From: Vermamoeba vermiformis
Taxonomy: Eukaryota
Reading direction: 5' to 3'
Assembly: GCA_045837725.1 (NCBI GenBank)
Contig: JBEWZL010000101.1
Coordinates: forward strand, 124,001-188,000
DNA length: 64,000 nucleotides
The notes below the pieces were generated by a model, which did no database searches, was not told the DNA's origin, and worked only from the letters and a program-made list of their open reading frames with translations. The position numbers and the translations under genes are program-made. Shown here one piece after another: positions 12,015 to 24,021 of the stretch; the first letter of the stretch is position 1; the number at the start of each line of letters is the position of its first letter.

Positions 12015-13471
12015 ATGAACATCGCCAAAGCTGTTATTAAACCCAAATCTCGCAAGCTGGTATGTGGTGATTATAATAATATGCTAATTGTATAAATAAT
12101 TTGTTTATTGTCGTATTGTTAATTTATTGTGCGTATTGTCTATTTAGAGGCCCATTATGGTGCACATCTACCTGAAATAATTTTAAATATTTTATGATAA
12201 ATTATCTAGCCCTCAAATATCGCCTGTAAATAACATTATACAACATAACATCATTAATACATCATCTTTATTATTTTATGTAATTATACGACGCAATACA
12301 ATGCCGATCCAGCCTAAACATTTTAATTAACCTGTAAATTCACCAGATCATCGGTGTGGGTAACTTTATGTTCCCTCGCAGTCGATACAGCGCAGGTCTA
12401 TATGTTGTTGATAGAATGATGCGCGAGAAGCGTCAACGATGGACTTTGGCTCCTGAGATCGCCGCTTATGTGATCGAGTCTGGCGAGAACATTTATGTAA
12501 GTCATCGAACACTAGTGCATTTAATATAATATATGCAATTTATTATTACAACATCTATTGTTGAATAATTCTGACTGAATGTTGGATCGCATCTAGGTGA
12601 AGCCCACGACTTATTTGTTGCACGAGACTGGCCGCGCTGTTTCATATGCTAGCAAGGCTTACGGAGTATGTGATTTGTTGCCTATAGTCAGATAATACAG
12701 AGCTCATAGAGTCGTTCAATATCGAATGAAATCACTCGTCTAACAGCAATTTTATTATGGCCGATTTTATTAAATTTTATCAATTTTATTTTCTTCGTGC
12801 TGCACAGTCGATTAATGACTGCTATTTATAGATCCCCGTCGATAATATTGTAGTTTTGCACTACGACACAGATCAAGAGCTCGGCAACTTCGAATACAGA
12901 ATGCGCGGTGGCACTGGGTATGCATCATATATAATACTAAATTTAATATAATACGCACCTTATAAGGTAATCTAACATTATTTTCACTGCAGTTACAACG
13001 AGGCATTGAGCTCAATTTTCAAGTACTTGGATTCGGATGTACGTCACTTGACCGTCTAATTGCAGTCTACGACACTAACGCTGTCTAAATATAGTCATTC
13101 CGTCGCATTTCCATCGGTGTGGGTGTGCCAGACAACTACATGTACCAAGCTGAGGCCATGCGTGACCTCAAAATGTCGAGCTATGACGTGCACGACTATT
13201 TCATTGCCAACAAATTCTTGCCCGAAGAAATGGCGGCATTGGATCACTTGATTTATCCGTAAGTACTGCGTTATATGGCTATTATTATCGTGCTAGTGCA
13301 GATGGGACTAATGACACGTGTCACAGTCAAATTAAAGAAGTGTTTGAAAGCAAGGGCTTGGACCAGCCTGTCAGTGGCTCCAAGGCCTCGTACCGCGCCG
13401 TGACTGAGCTCGCTAAGCAGTATTTGATGAAGGACAATAACACCAACAACAAGACTGCTATGAAGCATTAA
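12015..13471 (+). CDS. Peptidyl-tRNA hydrolase (Pth1)-fold protein with degenerate active site, 7 exons
   Basis: Spliced: KLIIGVGNFMFPRSRYSAGLYVVD...VKPTTYLLHETGRAV...IPVDNIVVLHYDTDQELG...RGGTGYNEALSSIFKYLDSDSFRRISIGVGVP. This is colinear with bacterial Pth. Confidence 0.75.
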
Positions 13472-13670
13472 ACTGCGAATAATACCGAAACAACAACTTT
13501 GTAATTAAATAAATCAATATCTATTCGAAACACTCGCAATCAATTCATGACCACATAGTATTGCGTTGGACCTTGACTTCAACTCACCTGTCGCTGGATC
13601 AGGTGCGGAATTTCGACAGAAAAGTTTGTTGGTTTGAGACCATGGCTGTGAGACTTTATCGGCATTTATT

Positions 13671-15712
13671 TTACCTCTCTTCACTGTTCAAAACATTATC
13701 ACTAGTATTCTTATCATTTGCATCGTTATTATTAGCCTTAATGTCATCGTTATTGTGGCCATTCTCACTGGCATTCAGTTCATTTGACACTTTTTGACGC
13801 TTGACGGACTCAGTGCTCGCGTGTCCAGTGCTGTCAACACTCTCTTCAGCTTTGCGCTTGCTCGGTGTGGTGTTGAGTGGCATGGCTGTCTCCTGCAAAT
13901 ATTCTTCGACTTGCACGGGCTTGTGTTTCAGTTCTTGAATCTTTGCAGCTAAATTCTTTTGGAACGTGTCGTATTCTTCGCGCGTGCCAGGGAACAAATC
14001 ACTAGCGACAACTGTTAGAGTCGTGTTCAGCATAATAAGACAGCAGTCCTACCAAAGGTCGTGATATTTCTTCGAGACATTCAATTGATGGCCGTGTGGT
14101 GTGCTGAGGGGCCAGATCTGCGCCTCGTGCGTCATGTGTTGCAGCACGTACTTCACATTGGGGAACACTGAGTCGTATTTAATGGCCTATGAGACACGAT
14201 TAATAGGACTGATATAAATAGACCCTGTGATCAGACGCACCATTCGCAAGTAATCTTTCATCACCTCGTCAGTCGTGACTTGTTTCTTGCCGAACACCGA
14301 CAAATTCATGCACGCACCGCGCGCAATCATCACCGAGTCAGCACCTGTCAAACGTGTCATATTAGATACGTCAGTTCAACAGTGACACGTGTCATTTGCT
14401 ATCCTGCACGCACCTGTCGCAAGTTTGACACGTGCCACGTCCTCGTGCTTGAACACATCGCCGTTGACAATGACGGGAATGTCAAGGTTCGCGGCTTCAA
14501 TCACTTGTTTCACGAGCTCCCACGAGGCAGGGTCGTGCGGTCTTTGCGCACGTGTTCTGATTGCCTAATTTAGTAATAGATAGACAGCACGCACAAGACA
14601 GTACCTCGCGTGAATGGCCACAGCTTGAATGCCCGTGCTGGCCACTGTCTTGACGAACTCCACGGTCTCGTGCACTGTGTCGAGCAGACGCACCTTGCAC
14701 GTGACTGGATTGTCGAGGTTATGTACTAATTTGGTCAAAATCTGTCGCGGAGATCAGGCCTTGACTATATATGTATCGATGGACACGCACCTCACGCGCA
14801 GTCTCAGGCTTGCTCAAGAGTGCTGCACCCATGCCACCCTGCACTGAGAATCGTTTCTATTGGTCAATTAGCACCGACTGTATTTCCTAATTAGGCAAGT
14901 ACGTACTGGACAGCCCATGTTTACGTCGATGCCCAACACATCACGTGATCTATTTGCATGTTAGTGGCAATGCATGTTTGACACGTGTCAATCAGTGACT
15001 TGCACGGAGTTTGACACGCGAATTCTTTTCTTACACTTGTTGCGCTGCTTGCAGGGCCAGTGTGGCGTCCGCTGTGCCGAGCTGAAGGACCTGCACGAGG
15101 GCTGTCAGTGCTGCATTGGATCACGTGATATTTCCTGATTAGGCAATATCGCAACACGTACATTGGGATAGTCCTCCACGCACGTTCTGAAGATCAATTT
15201 GTTGCCGTCACGCACGTAGTCAATTGTGTTCAGTGCCTCTGTTAACAATAAGTGATTAATGTTAGTGTCACATACTAGTGCTATAGTCATATATAACAAA
15301 TTACTATATTTAGTAATGTCCTGTCTTACCGTTCACCACGCGGTTAGTTTTAATTAACGACTTGTCAATCAGTTCTTCGCTGCCAAGTGTTAATAAGACA
15401 TTGCAATAGTGTCGATAATATCACACGTACCTATATACAATGTCTGCACCGTATTCGAGTGCTAATAGACGCATTGGCAGCGTGCCCTTAAAAATAATTA
15501 AATTTTAATTTTTAAAATTCAAAATAAGCAAATAGTGCCACGGCTGGACTATTTATTACTGCTATAATTATATGACAGTAATAAATAATTGTTGAGAAAT
15601 TTTTAAGATCGTGTTCGAAGATCAGATCCACCGGCCGTTTGAAACTTACCACGCGGACCATAGGCGCTAATATTAATTTGTTTCTGTAATCTAAAGACTT
15701 TTTCTTCTCCAT
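13671..15712 (-). CDS. DUS2: tRNA-dihydrouridine synthase 2
   Basis: [64 protein letters not shown]. Multi-exon. Confidence 0.9.
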
Positions 15713-15991
15713 TAGTGTTATTGGTGGTGCTTTCTGTTGGTAATAAATAAAATTGGACGATTCAACCGGGAACCTGAAAAACGAAAACTCCACCAAGAAA
15801 CAGGTTACTGGGCTTGTTATTAATGTACTAACCAATACCGTAGGTCAATTTCTTGCAGTTCAGTTGCGGATCGTCCGGAAATTTCACTAATTTTCGTATT
15901 TTTTTCAGTTTTGCACGGCAGCAGTGATAAGCAATTAATCGACGCATGAACACCACACGAGCACTATAATACACTAATTAGTGATATTAAC

Positions 15992-17569
15992 ATGGCAGCA
16001 GTCGATCAGCGCACGTATTATGAAATTCTTAATGTCAGCAAAACAGCCAGCAAAGCTGAGATCAAAAAATCTTATTATGCCCTATCGCGCGTATTGCACC
16101 CCGATAAATGTCCTGACAATCCTAATGCCGAGGAAATGGTATTAATTATTTTTTTATTTATTTTTTGTAATTTTTTATTTCTTTTCTACTATTCTTAACT
16201 ATGGTTGAACGTATCACTATGCTAGTATTAATGTATAATTATGCTAGTTCAAGCAAGTGAGTCAAGCCTATCAAGTGCTGATGGATGATTCTAAGCGGGA
16301 ACTGTATGATCGCTATGGCAAGGTAAAAAATCATTTAAATAGCGCTAATTAACTCTATTCGGGCCTATATATACCGCAGCAATACCATATCAGATTTGCT
16401 GTTAATCAAATTCGAGTATTCAAGCGAGATTTAATTTGACATTCGCGTGACTTTTCATAGGATGCCGTTTCATCGAGTAACGCCACGAATTTTGACTTGA
16501 AAGAAATGCTGGGCATGTTGTTTGGCGGTGGAAAATTCGAAAATGAATTCGGCGAAATTAGTTTCGCGGCTGTAATGAATGCGCAGCCTGCTGGTCAATC
16601 TGCTGAAGAAGAAGCAAAATTGAAAGAAGAGCTCGATAAAGTGCAAGCAGAGCGAAGGAAGAAGCTCGTATATAAGTTGTTAATTAAATTAGAGCCATTT
16701 GTGCAGAATGAAGTGGAAGGATTTGACCTCATTGCTTCAGCGGATGTAGCGGAGAAAATTGAAGGTAAAATCAACTCAAATACTATAGTATATGTGGTAC
16801 TAATGTATATGTAGCACCTGGAGGTCCAGCACTGCTCGATCACATCGCTTATATTTATATTCAAGTAAGATCTCAATTTCAAATTCAATTTCGAGCCAGT
16901 ACTCAAACTCGTGCTTATTAATAGGAAGCTAAACAACATTTGAAACGATTCTTCGGCATTGAAAGCTTCATTGCCAATCTGAGCGAGAAGGGCCATTATC
17001 TCATTGAAGGATTGGATGTGGTCAGGTAACGGTCAAACTCAGCACTGAAGCAATAGAACGCATAACTTATATTATCAATATATTAGGCATGCCGTCAAAT
17101 ACCAATTGGCCGAGAAAAAACTCCAAACAGAGCCCTCTTCGCCGCATCTACAAAAATCAGCCACTGAATCTGGCTTGAAGGCACTATGGAAGCTCGGAAA
17201 ACTCGAGGTATGTCATTAATATGTGATACATGTTATTAATTTAAGCGAGATCGCGTTCTAATCTGAATTTTACGCCAGATCGAGCAGATGGTGCGCTCCG
17301 TGTGCGAAGAAGTGCTGCGCGACACGAACATAGAGGCCCCACTGCGCAAGAAACGAGCAGAGGGTTTAATGAGACTAGGAGAGCTGTATCAACAAGCTGC
17401 TAAGCCACTTCTTGACCATTTAAAACAAAAAGCCAAAACTCCGCGCCTCGATCGCAGTACAACAGGTTCAACGCAAGAGAATAACAACAATAATAACAAT
17501 ACGAATGAGGCTCAAGCGACTCCTAATCCATTTGAAGAGCTGCGTGACTTCCACAGCCAGTTGTTGTAA
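15992..17569 (+). CDS. DnaJ domain protein with DnaJ-X domain (Caj1/Djp1-like)
   Basis: [13 protein letters not shown]...HPDK J-domain; [30 protein letters not shown]...[13 protein letters not shown] (X domain). Confidence 0.85.
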
Positions 17570-17832
17570 ATAAATTGTGCATAGTGTTCAAATCTGACCG
17601 AATCCGTCTTTAAAACTTGTACTCCGGCGCGCCAATACGATTTAATATGTAATCATAGTTCATTTATCGCCTTATAATGAGATTTATGGCAGATTTGCGA
17701 GTTGAGCGGTTGATGTCTATTTATGGCAGTGCAGTCAAATCAAAAAACTGACCAAAAATCTTTTTCAAACCAATCTTGTTGTGTTAACCACATACCACAC
17801 CTCACTTATATATCAATATATCTATATAAGCC

Positions 17833-19054
17833 ATGGCAGCTAAAAGTAAGTAGTGATTTTTTGAACACAGATTGGCATCTCAGTAAAATCGAAAAATCTC
17901 GCACGATTAACTGCATTAATATAGAAATTAGAGTACTATAAATATACATGTAGCGATATTACCGCGAAACTAATCGTTTTAATGTCACATCAGGACCTAT
18001 GATGGGCGGTCCACCCCCACCACCTCCTCCTGCCTTCAAAGAAGCAGCTGCCCCTCCCCCACCCACTCAAGAGCGCAATGCCCTATTGTCCAGTATTAGC
18101 AACTTCAAGAAGGGTATGTCTCTTTATTGAAAAGTTTGAAATTAGAAAAAAATCTTTCTAGATGCAATTGTAAATTATCACCGATTACGCGTCTAATATT
18201 CTTTGATTATAGTACATCCATAATATTATATCAAATTTACTAATACTGCGAATAATTAGGTGGATTGAAAAAGGCTCAAACTAACGATCGCTCTCAACCC
18301 ATTTTGACGAAAGAAAAGGGCTCTGGTGGTCCTCCTCCTGGCGCTGGTGGCAGACGTGAGTATAAATTAGTCGATAAATACAGCGATAATTCTGAAATTG
18401 AAAAGATTTTTAGCGGCCAGTCACATCTGACTTTTAGATGAAAAATTAAATCTGATTTCATGATTTCAGCGCAATCAATGATACTAATAATATTCTCGTA
18501 TTTATAGCGATGATGATGGGCATGCCGATGATGATGCCACCTAAATTGAACAGTTCACCCAAACAATCCCCATCTAGCGGTGGCGGTTTTGGCAGTCCCA
18601 AACAACCCACACCACCCCCTATGGGTCAACCTAAAGTAGCTCGTATGTAGTATAATATTTTTACTATTAATCTTACTATTCAACGCGAGTTTTTCAATGC
18701 TAACGATTGGATCTGACAGCTGGCCCTCCAAAATTGATGGGTGGTCCTCCTAAGCTTATGAACAATAGCAATCCTGGCCCTGGCGTCGGTGGTGTTAAGA
18801 AACCTATGCCTCCTATTCCTGGTACTTATTTTTATTTATTTTAAAAGGCTTTCCAACTTTTTTCAGCGACATCCGTCCTTTTATCGATTATTTTGCTTTA
18901 ATTGTCGTATTTGAGCAATAATTATTATAAACCAGTTAAATATAATGACGCTATTATTAACCACAAATAACTAGGTGGTCCTAAGACTGCAGGCGGACCT
19001 CCTCCAGTGCCGCAAGGTGGCAAAAAGTTTGCTCCTCCTCCTCCTCGCAAATAA
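17833..19054 (+). CDS. Small proline-rich WH2 actin-binding protein (verprolin/WIP-like)
   Basis: Spliced: PPPPPPP...QERNALLSSISNFKKGGLKKAQTNDRS (WH2 helix plus LKK motif). The remaining short exons are Pro/Gly-rich. Confidence 0.75.
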
Positions 19055-19637
19055 TTCTGTACAGCGTCCTATATATATTCCTTATAATTAATACGAACAA
19101 CTAGTTGAATCTTTGTAGGCCTGACAGATTTTTGTCGAAATTTTTGATCTGGTTCCCTTTTTGTACAATACAGCTCATATTGAATAAATACTTGATAAAC
19201 TACAATACGGAGCTGAATATATATCTATATCTGCATCTGACGGCAAATGTGATCCTCGAGGAACGTGTACAAATTTGTAAACAACCCGTATCCCAGTATC
19301 ACTGACTGGTACCTACGGCCTAGCGATGGAATACGACATGCGCCTCAACATGCTGATTAGACAACATCACGCTACTAGTGATGCTGTGCAATGGATGTCA
19401 GCTCTATGTCGTTGATTGGCGTGACACTCGGGCTGTTTTGTTGTCAAAGCTTTGACACGAGTTGGACAACTGACAGCTCGCTGAAGGCTATTTTAAACAA
19501 CCAACAATGGAATTAATAGGATGGAGTTATTATGGGCAAGCAATCCTTGAAGTTCGGTCTTAGGGACTGAGTGCCTGGTTAAAAATTTGGCGCCTTTAAT
19601 TTTGTATAATTAGATAATAGACAACACATCGACTATA

Positions 19638-20442
19638 ATGTTTGATTTAATATTGCGACCACTGAAAGAACAAGTGCTGCAGCCCATCGCCAAGGTGTTC
19701 ACTTGGATCCATCCGACAACCATCACACTAATCGGATTTATTTTCGGCTTAATATCATCCGTATTAGCAGCGTATAGATTGGTACATACTCAATAATTCT
19801 AAATTCGCAATATCAATTACAGATTTTTAAATTGTTTAATTTTTTAGACAGGTTGGTCTCTAATATTTTGGTTCTTAAATAGGTATTATAGGGTTAATGT
19901 TTTATTTATATTAATTTTAATGTTACTTGAATTAATTTCATAATAACAGAATATTTGACGGGATCGACGGTACTGTAGCCCGCGCAACGAACAAACAAAG
20001 TGATCTGGGTGGATATATTGATATAGTAACTGACTTTATCGTGTACACTACACTGCCAGTACGTATCACTCAACTTAAGCAGCGGATCTGATAATTAACT
20101 CCGTTACAAATTCGCCCTCAGATTGGACTTGTCTTAGGCAACCCTTCCGACGCTAAATATATATCCCTCGCATGTCTATTAGGCACTTACTTCGTCAATG
20201 CAGCCTCGTGGATGTATTTGGCCGCGATTCTCGAGAAGAGATCTGCTGGCGCGAAGAGCAGAGGAGAATTGACGACCATCGCCATGCCGAGTGGACTGAT
20301 TGAAGGCACGGAGACTATAGTCTTCTTCTCACTATTCTTGTTGTTCGACGGCTGGCTGTTGAGTCTCATGAACTTGATGGCAGTGTTAGTGGCCTTCAAC
20401 ATTGTGCAGCGGATGCACTGGGCAGTGGCACACTTGAAGTGA
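19638..20442 (+). CDS. CDP-alcohol phosphatidyltransferase family protein (YnjF-like)
   Basis: HPTTITLIG; NRIFDGIDGTVARATNKQSDLGGYIDIVTD fits the DxxDGxxAR...G...D...D signature; GLIEGTET. Four exons. Confidence 0.85.
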
Positions 20443-20706
20443 TTGCATGGTACGTACTATAATACTCATTATCATATTATAATAGAGAGCTAATTGATTA
20501 GGTATTATACAGCGCTGTAAAATAGCAAATGTTTGACGTTTCAAAATCTAGACGTTGCATTAATTCAGCGGTAGCTCGTTCAGTGAACGGTTGATTGGCA
20601 CAGATTGATTAAAGATGAAAACAATCGTCAGATAAATAAGGTTTATGAGTTATTAATGCACATTAATTACACATTTGGACTGACACTTGGATGACACGTG
20701 TCACTG

Positions 20707-21797
20707 TCAGTTCACGAACAAACACTCCGCAGCACTCAATTGACACAGCTCTAGCGAGGTCTGCCACAAGTCACGTGCCTTGTCCTCATCGTACGACTCG
20801 GTTGAAGACGCGATCTCTTTGGTGCCCTCAAAGTACTTGCCAGTCACGTGCGCGTACTTGTCTTGCACGGCCAACTTGCCCAGTCGCGCACCTGATGTCG
20901 CAGTCGTGTGTGCATTGCGCATGAAGACCAGCACAACGGGCAAGATGTTGCGCCACATCCACTGCTCAAACTTGCTGTAGTCACGTGCCAGATTGGAGTC
21001 CTTGCCGGGCATGAAGCCTGGATCAAATGCATTCACCGTCACGTGCTCAATGCCTAATTTGGCAAGTTGTCGATTCAGCTCGTAGGCGCAGAGAATGTTG
21101 CACAGCTTGGAGGTGGAGTAGCGTACGCGGCCAACTTTGACCTGCTCTTTCTCCCGCACTTCTGTCGGCGTGGCCAAGTCACGTGCAGTCGTGAATTTAG
21201 GCGGTGGGACCATGGTCTTCTGCTTCGGATCATGCGTGCCACTCGCCACAAAGAGGATGCGCAGTGGTGTTTTGTCAGCGACGCGGGTCTGTTGAGCGAT
21301 TAGTCACCGAGTCAGTTAATACGAGCATACTACGCACCTTGAGCAAGAGATTGGCGAGCAAGAAGTGCCCCAAGTGATTGACACCGAATGTCATCTCATA
21401 GCCCTCCGCTGTCGTGGCTGGCTTGACTACTTGCAGTCCAGCATTGCAAACGAGTGCGCAGAGTGTGGGCAGCTCTTTGTTATTGTTGAATTCTTCCGCA
21501 AATGCACGAATAGACTTCATCGAGGACAGATCTAGCTGCAGCACAAACACCTAAACTCGAAAGAATTAGGTGCTGTCGTGTGTACTAATTCAAACTACGT
21601 ACATTATCATTCTTAGTCTCTGTGATTATTTTATTAGCAGCCTCTTGCCCTCGTTCAACACTTCTGCAGGCCAACACAACGGTCCATCCCTCCTCTTGTG
21701 CGATCCTTTTTGCAGTCTCAAACCCCAAGCCGAGATTTGCTCCGGTTACAATTGCTGTCTTGCGTTGTTCCATTGTGGTTATTGGTGACTGATTCAT
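20707..21797 (-). CDS. Short-chain dehydrogenase/reductase (protochlorophyllide reductase/retinol dehydrogenase-like)
   Basis: TGANLGLG Rossmann motif, LVCNAG, FGVNHLGHFLL, YSTSK catalytic motif. Three exons. Confidence 0.9.
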
Positions 21798-22003
21798 GAC
21801 AAAATATCCCTAGCTCAGCGCTTAAATAAACAGGTGCGGAGCTCCGAGTTCGGAAAAAAGGGAGTCCTCGCGCGTGAAACGGAGTAATTTCAACTCCGTC
21901 TTTTCTCCGTCCGTCACGCTGCTTTAAGATAATTTACATGTTTATTATAATACAGTGCTAGACACAGTGCGATATAGATTGCGCCACAAATGTATCTTCG
22001 TTT

Positions 22004-23630
22004 TCAACGCGGTGACAAACTGATCCACATCTGCCTTTGATTGCCCAGCGAGTATTGTTGAGGCATCAGCTCCAAATAGTGCTCTATTTCGCTGTTATTA
22101 ATAGTTCTTAGCATAATTAATGCAAGCTCACTTACAAGTTGAACTGGTGCTGATCCGATGAATCGCGATGCTGTTTGCGCAACTGTTGCAGTAAGTAGTC
22201 TTGTAAGTGCTTGAGTTCCGCGGATATAGCCACCAATAACTCTAAATATGGCTGACTCCAATAGCGCAGTAATGTCCTACGCAATCGATCAATAATCATG
22301 CACACCTATTCACTACATACGTCATGCGCTCAAGGCGGTGCGTGAGAATGTTGTTGACCATTGAATGCGCATCGATTTGGTACTCAGGAACGAGGACTGG
22401 CGCTTGCTATAGATGCACATAGTTAATAAAGAGCTTGAGGAATATATAAATTTCGGTGCGTACAATGGCCGTGGCGTGTTTAGCTCTGCGACACACAGTG
22501 GCAGCGAGTTCAGCTTCAAATTTGATTTTGATGATCTCACTCTGCCTGTCTAAGAACTTGTCGACTTGTTCGAATATCTGCGTGAAGGGTCAATAATAGG
22601 CTGACGAGTATGACACGTTTGACACCTACTGCTCGCTCATCTTCAGACACTTCACCATCTTCGTACAACGATTTCAACATCTGTCACGTGTCAACCACCA
22701 TACATGTGACCACCAGGGTGTTATCATCACTCACCTTCAAGTGTACTCGTGTGAATCCTCGCGACTGTTCTTTGAAGTGCATATTGTTAATGACTTTCAG
22801 ATCTTCGCTGCGCACTTCGAGGTCTTGAATGCTTTCTAATTGGAACTCGTAACTCTTCTCCAAGTCATCTAAACTGCAGCTGACATGTGCGATAGATGTC
22901 TGCAATAAATTCAATCGCTGAGCCAATGGATCAGTTTGATTCGACGACGCCTTATTATTGTTGTTATTATCGTGTGTCATATTCAATTCAATCTGCGTGA
23001 CAGTTCGTTGTTTCTTGTGACTCGACTGACTCTGTTCTAAGGTGCGTGCTCTCTTCTTGCCCGGTGTGGCCAGTGTGTTGTCGACACTTTGCTTGTTGTT
23101 CTCAGCGATGTGTTGCTTGATGTAGGCCAGTTCTTTGAGCTTGAACTCGAGATACACAGCCTCTGCAATGCACCGCTGATACACGCGCTAACAAGTCGTT
23201 AGAGTACGCAATGATAATATCACGGCCACATACCACAGTGGCATAGGGCCAGGGTCGAATTGCATTCAAGTCGAGTGCTTGGCGCAGACTGAGATGAATT
23301 GGATTGAAAAAACCGCACTTGCGACAGATTTGATAGTGCAGCTCGTCTTGCAATTTCCTCTCGGGTGCTATTCACGCGACATTAGTACATTGTCTAGTGC
23401 TCCAATCGCTGTGACTTGCCTTTACTCACGCGTGACTTGGCCGAGAACTTGAGCGGTGAAAATACACCTGAACGAGGACTAGGACTATGTTCTTCATTGG
23501 CCACATCTTCCAGTAATGCTTGACAGTTCTCGCAAGTCAATAAATGAGCGAGACAATAAGGACTAGACGCGATTAGAATACAAATGGCAGATCCAACCAA
23601 AGCACTTACCACTGCACGGCGAAGTTATAC
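22004..23630 (-). CDS. Uncharacterised multi-exon coiled-coil protein (start codon unresolved)
   Basis: A chain of minus-strand exons with GT-AG boundaries joins ORFs 23394, 23102, 22684 and 22004. Coiled-coil segment QRLNLLQTSIAHVSCSLDDLEKSYEFQLE. No family recognised. Confidence 0.5.
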
Positions 23631-24021
23631 TGATCGAGTGGTGTTTCTATAAGAGGTAAAAATATTCCATCGGCGCCTTTGCAATTTTTACACGGACAAA
23701 CCACAGCTAACTTCGAAAACCCGGAAGTGTACATCTGGATCCCAATAATTTACTGGAAATTATCATCGTCAATAATTTAATTATTTGGACTCGAATAATA
23801 CAATTTTATTGTTGTTATAATTTTATAATTTTTCGCTACTACTTACATACCAATGTCAACAATGCGATGCAGATCTGCGCCTGTTTATTAAAGCCGTATT
23901 GCGGCGTTGTAGTAATCCAATATGTACAACTAGTTGTGGCTTGGAGGAGCAGATTGTTATTATTAACAATGATTTATTTCGCAGGTTTCATGTACAAAAA
24001 TTATTAATTTTATGTTGTTGC

